From Cirrosporium novae-zelandiae (taxonomy: Eukaryota), in the NCBI GenBank assembly GCA_026023565.1, contig JAPETS010000009.1:124001-188000 (forward strand): a DNA stretch of 64,000 nucleotides, written 5' to 3'. Positions 1 to 12,963 of the stretch are shown here, piece by piece. Both the position numbers and the translations under genes were made by a program. Below the pieces are notes generated by a model. The model was not told the origin of the DNA. It saw only the letters and a program-made list of their open reading frames with translations, and did no database searches. Position 1 is the first letter of the stretch. Each line of letters starts with the position of its first letter.

Positions 1-1220
1 GATCGACGCTTTAAAGATGAAGCTGCAGATATGCTCACACTACCTCCAGGCATGGCGGATCTTGCTGCTGCAAAGAAAACCAAAGCAGCCATCGAACTCA
101 AGAAAAAGGAATGGGAGAGGGAAGAGAAATGGAGGAGAATGGCAAGGATCGTGAAAAGGAGGAAAGATGGCAGTGGCATGACGTTTGAATTTGATACTAA
201 AAGCCCTAAACTTGTCGAACGAACATGGAAGGGAATACCAGATCGATGGCGGAGTACTGCCTGGCATGCTTTCTTGACCACGAGTGCAAAACGGGACCCC
301 AGCAGTGCCAGTGACGAGGAATTGATAGCCACGTATCGAGACTTTCAAGAGGAAAGTTCCCCGGATGACGTACAGATTGATATCGATGTTCCTCGAACCA
401 TCAACCAACATATCATGTTTAGACGGCGTTACCGAGGTGGCCAGCGTCTGCTTTTCCGTGTTCTTCATGCAATGTCATTGTTCTTTCCAGACACAGGATA
501 TGTTCAGGGAATGGCATCTTTAACAGCAACATTACTATGTTATTACGAAGAAGATATGTCGTTTGTAATGATGGTACGCATATGGCAATTGAGAGGACTA
601 GAGCGCCTGTACAAGGCTGGCTTTGAGGGTTTAATGGAGGCATTGGAAGACTTTGAGAAAAACTGGTTGGAGGGTGGTGAGGTGGCTGTCAAACTTGTAA
701 GTTGACGGATTTTCTTTGCAGAAGACGACAAATTGCAATTTATCCATGTATGAGGCTCGATGTGATAAGTTTGGAAATGCTAATAAGATGGTGCTTGCAG
801 GAAGAGCTAGGGATCGGTCCAACCGCTTACGGCACTCGATGGTATCTAACTCTTTTCAACTATTCGATTCCCTTTCCAGCTCAACTCCGGGTCTGGGATG
901 TCTTCCTCCTTCTCGGTGACAGCGATCTCCCCGCCTCTCGTGCAGCACCTACTCCCACCCTCAATCCTTCTGCCACCTCCCTCGCTGTACCCGCTGCCAA
1001 CCCAACACAAATACCCAAGGTCTCTCCTTTCGGCAGAAGCTTAGATATTCTCCATGCAACCAGTGCGGCTCTCATTGATGGGACTCGAGAAATTTTATTG
1101 GAGTCGGATTTTGAGAATGCGATGAAAGTTCTTACGAGTTGGATACCGGTCCGAGACGAGGATTTGTTAATGAGGGTAGCCAAGGCCGAATGGAAATTTC
1201 ACCGTAAGAAGTATGGCTAA
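1..1220 (+). CDS. TBC-domain Rab GTPase-activating protein, 5' end outside the window; one intron 697-800
   Basis: Frame is open from base 1. TBC motifs: KGIPDRWR, QIDIDVPRT (IxxDxxR arginine finger), GYVQGMA (YxQ glutamine finger), YGTRWYLTLF, QLRVWDVFLL. The GTAAGT...GCTAAT...CAG intron joins ORF 31..705 to ORF 702..1220 in phase 0. Confidence 0.93.
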
Positions 1221-1878
1221 GAGGAATAATGGTGAAGAAGCTCCAAAGGAATTATCTCAAAACAGTGTTAGGAAACCTTATAACGATGATGTTGGGACTG
1301 GTGGCGTTCCTGATAAGTGGCCCCTGATTTGGAAAGATGGGTGAGAAAAACAGCATACACAGGTTCAAAAGTGGAAGACTATGAAGAGAATTGGCGTTAG
1401 GTTGGTTGAAGAACTTCATGCAGGTCATGAAGTTGGAAGCTTCAACTTTTGATCAGATTCATATTTCTTTATTCAGATGCTCAAGATGGCAAAAGGCCAT
1501 AGAAAGTCTAAGCATCAACAGGTGTCGATTCGGGCTCAAGACTACAATACCCCTTTTTTTCATTACTGCATTGCGTGGGTGGACTTGATCATGTTTGATG
1601 TATAGTCGGATTGTTTAAATCGTTCAAGGTCTGCAAAAGGAAAGCAGATGGCACCACATCTTGGAGCAAGCAGGGTGTGTAAGAGTGCATGGAGAAGATG
1701 GTTCAACACAGGATGGAGCTGTGTTATACGCCTTGTTATGTGATACCTTAATTAATTATTAATACAAATAATCTTCTGGATCTTGCAATATATGTTGTGC
1801 TGTACTGTACTGTGTGTACATATCTAGATAATTATTTAGTTTCACCCTTGGCCTTCGTCACGTAATTGAATCTAATCG

Positions 1879-1908
1879 TTATCGATAAGAACATGCCCCA
1901 CCTTATCT
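1879..1908. promoter_or_regulatory. GATA (AreA/NIT2-type) site cluster upstream of allantoicase
   Basis: Palindromic TTATCGATAA (1879-1888, two back-to-back GATAA) and CTTATCT (1902-1908), about 200 nt before the likely ATG. Fits nitrogen-catabolite control of purine catabolism. Confidence 0.55.
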
Positions 1909-2095
1909 GAGATTCTAAGATCTAGGAAGTATCCCTGTCTCGAAGCACACAACTCAATTGACGCTCTCCTCCCATCCCCACCTTTGTATCTCTTTCTTTA
2001 ATTCCCCAACCAACACGTCCATTCCTTCTCAAGTCCAACAAGCCCAACAAGCCCAACAAGCCCAACTCCAGCTCCAATTCCGACGAAAAACAGCC

Positions 2096-3202
2096 ATGTC
2101 TACCACCGCCCCCACCCCAGTCGACCCCACCATGATCTCAACGACCTTCGCACACACCACGAATCTGAGCTCCTCTACGCTCCTAACCCACATCCTTTCC
2201 CTCTCCGACGACTGGTTCGCGTCGGCAACCAATCTCCTGACGCCCACGCCCCCAATCCACCGCCCCGGCGTCTTCGTCTCCACCGGCGCCTGGTACGATG
2301 GATGGGAAACCCGACGCCACAACCCGCAACCGTACGACTTTGTGGTGCTCCGCCTAGGCGTAAGCTCTGGCCACATTCAAGGCATCGAAATTGACACGGC
2401 ATTCTTCAAGGGAAACGAAGCCCCCGCCGTAAGCGTCGAGGGATGCTACAGACCACAGGAAGCAGAGGACTGGGAACGGGACATTAGAGAGGGGAAAAAA
2501 GAGCCAATCCGAGGCGCGGGGATGGACTTCCCAGAATGGAACTGGGCGAAGCTTTTACCTGTTTCCCCATGTGGTCCCTCGGCCCGCCACGTCTGGGCCC
2601 TCCCTCCCTCGGTATCCACAACCCCATTCACGCACATCCGCCTCCGCATGTACCCCGACGGCGGGATCGCACGTCTCCGACTCTACGGCACCGCAATTCC
2701 GCTCCCTCTCCCCTCCAGCACCACTCCCAGTCTCCCTCCCCTAGAAGAACTCTCAGCAGCGCTAAACGGCGGCCTCGCCCACAGCTGGTCAGACCAACAC
2801 TTTGGAGTTGCAGAATTCCTCCTCATGCCAGGTCGCGGCAAGGACATGGGGGACGGTTGGGAAACGAAACGTTCTAGGGGTAAGGGACATGTGGATTGGG
2901 TCGTTGTGAGGCTGGGCCTTCCGGGGACGGTGGAGAAGATTGTGTTGGATACGAAGGACTTTAAGGGGAATTTTCCTAGGGCGTGGGTTGTGGAGGGGTG
3001 GGTTGGGGATGGGGAACCTAGGGAGGGTGAAGGATGGGTTGTTATTTTGAAAGAGCGGGAGGCGGGACCACATCGGGAACATGTTTATGAGGGTGGGGAG
3101 TTGGAGGGGGTGAAGGGGACGGTGTTTGAGTTTGTGAGGTTGACTATTGTTCCTGATGGGGGGGTTAAAAGGTTTAGGGTTTTTGGGAGGAGGAGGGTTT
3201 GA
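2096..3202 (+). CDS. DAL2: Allantoicase (two allantoicase repeats), intronless
   Basis: Repeat 1: SDDWFA...WYDGWETRRHNP...IEIDTAFFKGNEAP...MYPDGGIARLRLYG. Repeat 2: SDQHFG...PGRGKDMGDGWETKRSR...DTKDFKGNFPR...PDGGVKRFRVFG. The first in-frame ATG is 2096 (the track start at 1958 is TTG). Confidence 0.96.
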   Translation: MSTTAPTPVDPTMISTTFAHTTNLSSSTLLTHILSLSDDWFASATNLLTPTPPIHRPGVFVSTGAWYDGWETRRHNPQPYDFVVLRLGVSSGHIQGIEIDTAFFKGNEAPAVSVEGCYRPQEAEDWERDIREGKKEPIRGAGMDFPEWNWAKLLPVSPCGPSARHVWALPPSVSTTPFTHIRLRMYPDGGIARLRLYGTAIPLPLPSSTTPSLPPLEELSAALNGGLAHSWSDQHFGVAEFLLMPGRGKDMGDGWETKRSRGKGHVDWVVVRLGLPGTVEKIVLDTKDFKGNFPRAWVVEGWVGDGEPREGEGWVVILKEREAGPHREHVYEGGELEGVKGTVFEFVRLTIVPDGGVKRFRVFGRRRV

Positions 3203-3269
3203 ATATGATATACTATATGGAAGAAAGAAAGAAAGAAGGAAAAATATTACGGTATATACCGTATATCCA

Positions 3270-5700
3270 TTCCCTTTCTTTTTCACCCCTCCTCACCCCC
3301 ACATCTCGAACACCACGTAAGGAAATATCCCCCTCCCCCTCCAACCTTTCCTCCACCCCATCCACAAAAGGGACAACCCCCTCCTCAGCTCACTTCCTTT
3401 CTATTACTATAGAAAGCCAAACCAAACCACACACTCTCACCTACTTATCTACCTAATTCAACCCCCCCCCCCAAAAAAAAAACATGGGATATATTAACCT
3501 CCCTCCACCCTCCCCCCCACAGTTATTTATTTGGTTATTCTTCCATACTCTCTCATACTTGAAAAATCCTTTTTTTTTCTTTATTTCATTTCAAAATACC
3601 GTATACCGTATCCCGCATAAGTAAATATAAATGTAAATATAAACAAACCTCCTTATTTTATTTTTTATTTTATTAGGGAGGTTTTTTTCACACACACACA
3701 CACACACACACACAGTCCTTTCAAAACTTATATATCTATATTTAATAATATAACCTTATCCCATACCCATACCCATACCCATCCCATTCCGAATACTTTG
3801 ATCTAAAAATAAAAATAAAAAAAAACCAAAAATAAAAAGAGAGGGGGGGGGGGAGATGGAGAAGATGATGATGGTGAAATACACCTTTTGTAGACTTTTT
3901 AGAGACTTTATACTGTACAAAATAGATAGATTGGATAAAGATGGGATAAAAATAGTATTGGGAATGTAGGGGAGGGGGGGGTGAGGGAGGGGGATATAAG
4001 ATAGAATGGAAAAAAAAATCTCTCTTATTTTTTGTTTGTGTCTGACGATTTATATATATATATATATATCCATAATCACGATATCCTTCCTCTCCTTCCC
4101 CCCCCCCTTTCCCTTTCAACTCCTTCCTTACAACACCCCCCCCAAAAAGCCCCAAAACCCTTCACATGCCCTCTCTCTACCACTCTACTATCAAAAAAAA
4201 AACTCCCTTAACAAAAAGCAAAGCAAAACAAAAATCAAAACAAAGCGAGCAAATTCAAAAAAAAAAAAAAAAAAGCAGGTACGTACGTACGTAGATAAGG
4301 GTACCTACCTACCTACTAAACTTGGATTAAAATCGATAATAATTAATTGTTTCGTGGGATTTTTGTAGACTTTTATAAGACTTTAGAGATTTTTATTTTT
4401 ATTTTATTTTTTGCTTTTTTTTTTTTTTTTTAGGTAAGAGGATTTGGGAGATTTGGGAGATTTTGGAGAATGTTAAGGATGTGAGGAAGTGGAAGAGAGA
4501 GGGAAAGGGGGGGGGGGTAGTATGGTTCATAGGATAGGATATATAGACTATACACGCTCCTCTTTTAAAGAAAATATGGTTAGGGTAAAATCAGGGAAAG
4601 GGGTTGTTGTTAAGAATATTTAGATAGCTTTTAAGTAGCCTAGGATCTGAAATGTTTTTTTTAACGATTCCATTCCATTCCATTATAATAGTCTAACATA
4701 AACATTTTTTTATATATTTTTCATCACCATCTGACTTTCTTAATTGAATATATATTTTTTCTTTTCTTTTCTGTAACTGGGAGGGGAGGGGTGGGATTGG
4801 AAGTAGTTATTCTCAGTCTAGAGATCTAGAGGGTCTAGACTTGGAGGGTATATATTGAAGGATTTAGGGATTATGGATTTTATAAAGGGAAGCTGTTTGA
4901 TAAGGGGAGGGGGAGGGGGTATGAATAGGTGTTTTGGGTACTGTGGGGTTTGGAAGAGGGGAGGGTTTTTTTTTTTATAGAAGGGAAATGTGGGTGAGTG
5001 AGTGTTGGGTTAGGGTATGGATGGATGATGATAGGAGATGGACTAGTAAAGTGAAAAAAGGGAATGGATGAGCTTGAGAACTATATAGATCTGATTTGTG
5101 GATGGATATACTTTGTAAGATTTTCTAAAATTATTATATTCTGCTATCTAATTTTCTTGATTGGATTTTTTCTTTCTATATTTGGGGATTTGGGGTATTC
5201 TTATCTAAAGCTCTATATTGAGTTTCGTGGATTTAATCTGTTCTGGTTTCTATGAAGGTTGGAAGAACTCTTTTTATGGAAGGGGAACGTGGGTGGGTGC
5301 GGTTAGGGTATGGATGATAGGAGATGGAGTGGTAAAGTGAAGGGAGGGGGTAAATGAGTTGGTAATAATAGGTCTGGTCTCATATAGATATACCTTTGAA
5401 GCCTTCTGGAATTGTTGTATTTTGCTATCTGATTTCTTGATTTAATTTTTTTTCCCTGTAGCTGGGGGGTTGGGGGTTTGGAGTATTTTTTATCTAGGGC
5501 TCTATATTGAGGGATTAGGTGTTATGGATTTAGTCTATACTGGTTTCCATAAAGGTTGGAAGAGCCCCGTTTCATGGAAGGAAAGTGGGTATGGGAATAC
5601 TGTAGGTGATAGGAGATGGGACTGGTGAAAGGAAGGAATGAATGAGCTGGTAACAATAGATTTGGTTTGTCATGAATATACCTGAAGCCTTGATGCATCA
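3270..5700. repeat. Low-complexity region: homopolymers, (CA)n at ~3689-3714, (TA)n and eroded tandem duplications
   Basis: Directly visible poly-A/T/C/G runs and microsatellites. ORFs here are compositional artefacts. Confidence 0.85.
4840..5700. repeat. Three diverged tandem copies of a ~280-350 bp unit
   Basis: The same ordered motifs recur three times: (c)tatattga, tggattta, gttggaaga, gataggagatgg, ggtaaagtga, aatgag. Copies start near 4850, 5210 and 5500. Confidence 0.75.
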
Positions 5701-8176
5701 TGAAGAATCCCATCATGATGATAATTCGGTTATTGTTCATATGGAATTATATTTGTCCGCCATAACCTAAAGGCGACATGCGGGCAATAAAATCAATCAT
5801 CATCAATTGTCCATGTGGCTCTGTAGGCTATAATGGATGTATGAAGAATCTCATAAAATCTCGACAAGTGTTAGAAAGGCAGGCCAATGCTTACCTAACT
5901 AAGCCAAAAGGACGTGGGTATCTGCTACTTGAGCTAATACCCAGTGTTAGGATAGACTATATAACTTAGCTGCGCCGTAACAGTAAGGCATAAGTTTTCT
6001 CGTAACAGAATTCAAGGAAATATTCTCCAGGCACATACTACAAGTAGATACTTGGCCAAACCCTCACTCACAAAGTCTAAAAAGACGTTCGCTATCAAAA
6101 ACTCAACTGCTAGGGCTGAGTGGCAATTGCTTGAGGGATTAGCTTTCTTTCCGGGAGAATAGAAACAACAGGTACCTTGATGTTGATCCAGTCGGAGATA
6201 GCGGAATATTTCATCGAGGTTAAGATGCGACGTCATTATTGAAAAAAAAAATTCCATGACTTCGTTAGTCGTGGCGGTAGGGAAATACCAGAGCCAGTCA
6301 AACGTCTCATCTAGATCAGGTCCAAGGATTTAAGTTTAACCCAGAGAAAAATGTTTAAAGAACCGTTGACTGAATATATTGATTCTTAACTCTACCCAGT
6401 AAAATTGATTCGGGGTCCACACATTCAAGCCGCTGCAATAGATACAGCTGAGGGCTAGATATCCGTGGACCGACGGTACTGGTAGGTTTGTTCAGCCATG
6501 TCGTAGATGACAATGCAACCAAATTTCCGGCTCCTTTCTCCCCGCTCACTTCCAATTTCTTTTAGACCCTGATAAGTGATAACAAATGGCAACAGCTCAC
6601 AAATTGCCACGCGTATTCGGAGAGATTCCCAGAGAGGGAAGGAAGACAAAATGTCAGCTGTTATTCGCCTCAACATTAATGAGCTTCACCAACCAGGTAA
6701 ACGGGTTCGGCGAATTTACAGACGAAATTTTTCTTCCTGGTGAGGCGGGACGCTCAGATGTTTAATTCCAAAGTGATCGGCGTAGAGGGTTGAAAAACAA
6801 AGTTGCAGATTTGCTCACATGGACGAATCAAGTAATATATCCTTTGTCAATTGTAATATCGATGGGTTACTTTGATCAACGGGCGATCAACCCCTCAACG
6901 AGCGATCCATATCCATGAGGGGCATGTGTAAACCCAGCAACGCCATGCGACGTCTCACGCCGTTGATGGAGTCCCTGCTGGGCCTGACTTTGTGGTGAAC
7001 AAAAGTTTGCCGATCGCGGGTATAGCGACAAGGATTGAAGAGACAGCCTCAACCCATTTCTGATGTTGTCCCATCAAAAAGCTTCTAGAAATAGAGAAGC
7101 AATAGATCCAAACGTGTTTAATGGGTGGGTGTTCAACCACTCTAGTTGGAATCAAGATTATCATGTTCCCCTCCACGTCGGCAAGACTTGGCAAGCACTT
7201 TGATTATTCTGGTTGAATTCTATTTGCTGTTGTGGAGCGAAACTGAATGGGATATAGCTACCTTTACGCTAATATTTACCCATCTGGGAAGGTACCAAGG
7301 AGTAGACCAAATAGTATCAATGGTGTGCAGAGAGCCATCTTCTTCTTCTTGCAGCAATAAGATAACGGTGATATTGAAGAGGGGGAGGTCGAGCCAAGAC
7401 ATATCCCGTGATCTGATGGAGTGATATCGAATCTGATAGACCATATCCGATAGAAAACCGTCGTTTCCCCACGCTTCCGACCTGGTTGTCGATAGGTCGC
7501 ATTCCTTTGGTGGATTGATTGGACCAGAAGGCGCAAATGGATTCTGAATTTAAAAAGGTCAAAGCGACATTTTCAAGTTTCAACTGGCGGGGGGGTTGTC
7601 AAGCAATCCTCCTGGCTTCTCCGTGGTTCGCCGATTAATATCATTTTCATCTACTTGGACGTACGTTAGTAGATTAGGACGATCGACAAGCATTGCGTTG
7701 TGCGTGAGATTCTCTGAGACCTCGGAGAATTTCTCACCATAGAGATGACCTTGACTTCAGGGAAAATTAAGGCGACGAGCGCTGTCAACATTTGGGAACC
7801 AAGGGTTCAGACAGGGTTTGGGAATTACCGATCTGGGGGATGATGCCCGCCATCACACCTGGTGAACGATTCCCATCTAAGAGACCGAGGGGTGTCCCTT
7901 TTGTCTTTGTAGCTCAACGGGCACAATGGGGCCATTTTTCTCCTCGGCGAGTGAGATGGTACAGTACCGGTAGAGAGATAAATATGTCAGTCTTCAATAA
8001 ACCGGAAGGAATGCGGACATGGAAGGAATTGTGCTGTATTCAGATGACAGTGCATTTAACCGGGTTCCTGGATATAATTGAGGATACGATAATGATAAAA
8101 ACATGTTCGCATTCTTCCGAATTTGATGCTGCTTTTAGATATTTTATTAGGCATTTAACTTTCTTGCTGTGGCTCT

Positions 8177-8281
8177 TGTGCCACTGTGCCACTGTGCCAC
8201 TATGCCACTATGCTACTGTGCCATTTTTATGCTATTGTGCATTGTGCCATTGTGCCATTGTGCCATTGTACATACCGTGCC
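8177..8281. repeat. Minisatellite of an 8-bp unit TGTGCCAY, about 11 degenerate copies
   Basis: tgtgccac tgtgccac tgtgccac tatgccac tatgctac tgtgccat ... tgtgccat tgtgccat. Confidence 0.85.
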
Positions 8282-11200
8282 TACCAATGCCCTTGCCCTA
8301 TTTCCTTCTACCTTAATTGTACCAAGGTTGGAACGCCACCCTAAACCTACCTAGGTACGCCATCTACAGAGTTTCCACAGACTCAGACGACTCTTTGTAA
8401 CTAACTTCTTATCAGAAATCGCGGCTACTAATCAACTGATCTCCACCACCTCTCAGCCAAGCCCATTGAGAGCTTCGTAGCACCTACGCGGCCTGGCCGT
8501 CCATGGCAAGGGGTTATCGGGGTCATGGACCATTTGACAGGGAAACGCTTGAAATCTTGAAATTGTCACTACCGTATGTGGAACTGTATGGTGACCGATG
8601 AGGAAAACCCACTTTTTCCTCTCATATATTAAACTTGATTTGAAATTATATTCAGAGTAAATTTCAATCCCATCATCCTAATCTGATTGGAATCCTATTT
8701 CTACTATTCCCGTTTGACAACCCCAGGACGCGTTTCCTAGTTAAAGTTGCGAGTATAATCTGTTTCTTCAAACGGTACCTAGGTACCTAGGTAGTTAAAC
8801 GGTAAACGGTAATCTTGGTTAATGTAAGGATAGACCGTAAAACCTATTCCAACAGGTCCGGTGATCTCAATCTACAGTACCTAATTCACCATGCACATGG
8901 TACTCCTGGTAACTACTTGTTCTAGCCTCCAACTTTCAACTTCTACGCCATGTCGTTTATCTTGCCAATGTTGATAATGTTGATGCCGTTTCAAGCCGTT
9001 GGTTGACAAGTTTGACATCGGCCGATGTCTGTTTCGGATCATTCGCGTTTCAACTTGAAGTCTAAACAGGTACAGTCGGTTTAAGTTATTATCCGATTTG
9101 TCTTGTCAAAAGCCACCAGATGGATTTGCAGTGGTTCTTGATATTGAAGTCGAGATGCAAATAGTAGCCGGAAACAACGTCTGCTGGTGCCCGTGGATCA
9201 TGTATGTATTATCGATCCGGACTCGCTCGGACCGTGCGAGAGATCCTCGGCCACGGTTCTTGCCAGGTTCAGGGAAGTTGGAGGATGTGCCATGCTAGCC
9301 TCAACAGGAAATTCATCATGGTTTCGATTTCTCTCAGCAGGAGATAGATTGTTAAAGGGTGAGCGGGTTCCAGGTTAGTAATTCATCATGGGATGGTGAA
9401 TCCAAAAGATGCGAGGATCCAGATTCAACATGGTCAATGGTCTAGATATTGTCTATCGGTCACCGGGAGAGTAAGAACAATGGTAGAAAGTAGGAAATAG
9501 AATATGTATGTAGGATGAAGAGGACCAAGTTTCTATGACTCTTTCGGTACCAGATTGCAGGATGACGGTGCGGAACTTGGGAATGCATGACCGGTTGAAA
9601 AGCGAACTCTATACTTGCCAATCTGATTGATGAGACAGTTTTTCTCTGCCGTCCCAATGATGATTTCCTTTGTATGCGTGTCCTACACGGAGACTTGTCT
9701 GATTTTTTGGATGAAAGAGGAACTAGGGACATTGATGGTACGGACCACGGTAGAGAAGCAGCAGCTAGCCTTTCCTGTACCTGGAGATGGCTGCTGCTGT
9801 GTTCCCCAATAGAAAAGTATTTGGAAGGGTCTCGATCTGTAATTGTGTCCCTCGAAGGTCGACATTGGGTCATCCGAAGAGAGAGAACAAGGCGTTTTTT
9901 TGGAGGAAGAGGACAACCTGGATAAAAGTCGCTTCCGAATGTCGAGCCTTTTTTTTTTATTTTTTTTTTATTTTCTGGGGTCCCAAGTGACATGACATGA
10001 CTTGACTGTTGATGATGAGATGAAATTAGGTACCTCTAGACCTCTAAAATGGTCGATTGTAGAAATCATCAAGCTACAATTTTAATAACAATCTATAATG
10101 ATTATCCTTACCCCACTGTCTTTGTGTCTGGACGTGGCATATTATAGTACCCTTTTTAGATGAAGTTAATGTGCTTTCACTTCTCCTGGATGTTCCTCCA
10201 ACAAGTCAACTTGGGTACAAATGTAATACTAGTACAGACCAAGTACAGAAAACACAAAAAGGACAGAAGCCGTTTCGAGCTGCATTGAGGTTTCCATCCC
10301 TTCTGTCTCGGATGTGTCACCATAGCAAAAAAGTAAGCCTAAGGATCAAGTTTTCCCTTGTTTTCGCTCTTCTCCCCTTGCTTTGTCGGAGTCTATCTGC
10401 CAAGTCCCAGGTACACTGCCGATATTCCAATTATTGTGAAAGAATTGTGTACCTCTCCGTCATTGTGTAAGACTATTGACTTGATGTTGAAGTTGATGTA
10501 ATTATTGTTCTATTCGTCATCAAATAGAAATAGTTGAGGAGTAAAGACGGAGAAGGGTCAAGGAAGGTGATAGTGTCAGAATTGAATTGGGAGAGACTTG
10601 GACCTATTTTGGAATATGTTTGAATAAGATATTAATAACCAAGATGAAGGTATACTATTATTTCACTAATTAGAAGAATGAAAGGAATACTTACTGTCTT
10701 TTCTTTGTTGTCCGTGTGTTCTTATTCGTGAATCAGAAGTCCCAATGGAGGAACAAAGCCAGATGGATGACAATACCGGGCTTAGCCTGGCTCTAGTCAA
10801 CTTCTCCATTTGGGTGCCTCTCTCTTATTATCACTCTCATCACTCTTATTTCTCTTCCTGGTACACCCTTGTCCCTAAATTGCAAACCTCCTACTCGAGT
10901 AATTTGTCTACCGTGGTAGATAGTCTAAACATTCCTTCATTAAGACAATGGAAAGGAAAAAGAAAGAAAAAGAACAAAGATAAAAAGACAAAAAATAAAA
11001 TAAAACAAGACATTAAATGACATCTTATTCGTTTGCATACCCCCTCCCCTCCCTTCCATCCCCCCACCAAAAAAAAAAGACCACCAAGCTAAATCATCAA
11101 ACTAACCCACCTAACCCAACTAACCACCAACCCAAACCATCAAATCCAATCCCATTAATTTATTTAGCTACTACGCATCTTCCCTGTAAAACAAAACAAA

Positions 11201-12029
11201 AAAAAAATGAACCTTCCTTTCTGGCCATCAGACTTTACCTTTAACTTCCTCTTGACAGCTCTCGGCTCTTCTCGTTTTGGGTCGGATTGGATCGCCCTGC
11301 GGCTTCTAAACAGCTTATTCCTTTGGTGGGACGCCATGTCGCATCATCCAGACTTACATTCCCAATCCGGGCTTCTAGATGGTCCTAAAGAAACATCAGC
11401 CATAACCATAAGGCATAACAAATGACTTTTAACTGTCAAGGAATCTTCTCACCCCCGAATCCCCCCCCCCCATGTTGCTTTATACCCCAAATCCAGCCAA
11501 AATCTAGTTCCCCCAAGACTTTTCCCATAGCCAGAACTAGAAGAAGGAAAAAAAAAAAAAAAAAAAAAAAGAAGAAGAAGAATAAGAAAAAGAAATACAC
11601 ACATACACATACACACTCACACTTACACTCACACTTACACACAAGAATCAAATCATTCTTCGTCCTATCTTCTAGTCAGAACTAAAAAAACACTCTACAC
11701 ATTATTACCTACTATTGTACCTCTATTATTGTTGCACATTTACTGCACATCTTCCCTCTTCCGATTAAATCTGCCCATATTCATTCTTGTAACCATCGGC
11801 ACTGGTTTCCCTTCGTTTACCTTGAATCATCCTCCCCCCCTCCCCCCTCTCCAAAACCGTCGCACGCGTATCGTGGTTCAGCGCGCCGTCATTACTTCGC
11901 GAGAAGATCGGCTGTGCTGTGCATAGTCCGCTGAAGTCTTCTTTGGGCAGCCCTATATTGGAGCGAATCATCAATTCCCCCTCGGTACCTCGTGTCTCAG
12001 CTAGGAGACCTTTCCAGTACCAGTCCGCC

Positions 12030-12044
12030 ATGAAGATCTCTTGA
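12030..12044 (+). other. Candidate uORF (MKIS*)
   Basis: ccgccATG AAG ATC TCT TGA: an ATG in strong Kozak context, with the stop 140 nt before the main ATG at 12185. Confidence 0.4.
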
Positions 12045-12184
12045 ACTTGCTTCATAAAACATATTTGCGTGCCCAGGAGGTTCGCCTTGTGTACTCTTCC
12101 GTTTTGTTTCCAATATCCTTTGTTTCTTCTAGGGCAATCCCCACCATCTTGTGATAGTTTACCAGAAACATTTCTGTCGCCCTC

Positions 12185-12915
12185 ATGTTACTCACCCTTA
12201 CGCCGCCTATTCAGAACGGTATCAGATCACCTCATGATATCAAACTTCCACCACCACCTCCTCCTCCCCCGGCGGTCACTACTACCTCGAGATTCTCCCC
12301 ACCCGCGGTGACAGCTCCTTCTCTCCCCTCTCTCTCTTCCGAATCCCCCCGCACCATGGGTACACCACATCGAGGTCTGCCCCCCCCGACAGGCCTAACG
12401 CTTCCAAATCCAAATCCTGAACGAGCTCCACCACCTCCAATCAGTCAGCCGGCGGGTCAATTACCTGCCCCCCCTTCTCAATGGCAAGGTGCGGATGAGT
12501 CCATGAGGAATTGGCTGCAGGCGAAAGCAGAGGATGACCGGAGAAGGCAAGAGGAAGAGAAGACGCGACAGGAAGCCTTACGGCTGGACCAGAGGAAAAT
12601 CGAACAAAATATGCTACGAGAATCGCTTCAGGGCGGTGTCCCTCCTTATTTAGTTCCGCTCATTTTTGCGGGTATAGGTGGAGGAACTTTGGCAAACGTG
12701 AGTTGGGAGTGGGCTCAACAGTATATGGCTCAGGTCAGTTTCCAACAGCAGCAGCAACAGCAACAGCAACAAATCGCCCAACAGCAGGCAATGGCGCAAC
12801 AGCCGCCAGCAGGCCATGAAATGCGCAGAGAAAGTCGTGGAATTCCTCCAAATCCATATGGGGCTGCGCAGCCACCTTCAATTTTAACCGGGACGTCAAC
12901 CCCAATAGCACCCCC

Positions 12916-12963
<48 letters not shown>

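Noticed and set aside
1958..2095. N-terminal extension of allantoicase with QQAQQAQQAQ
   Set aside because: The track start is TTG. The 9-bp repeat lies before the first ATG (2096) and is probably 5' UTR.
3199..5255. Short ORFs in low-complexity DNA (also 11017-11685, 33104-36820, 47625-48300)
   Set aside because: They are translations of homopolymers and microsatellites with no splice or domain support.
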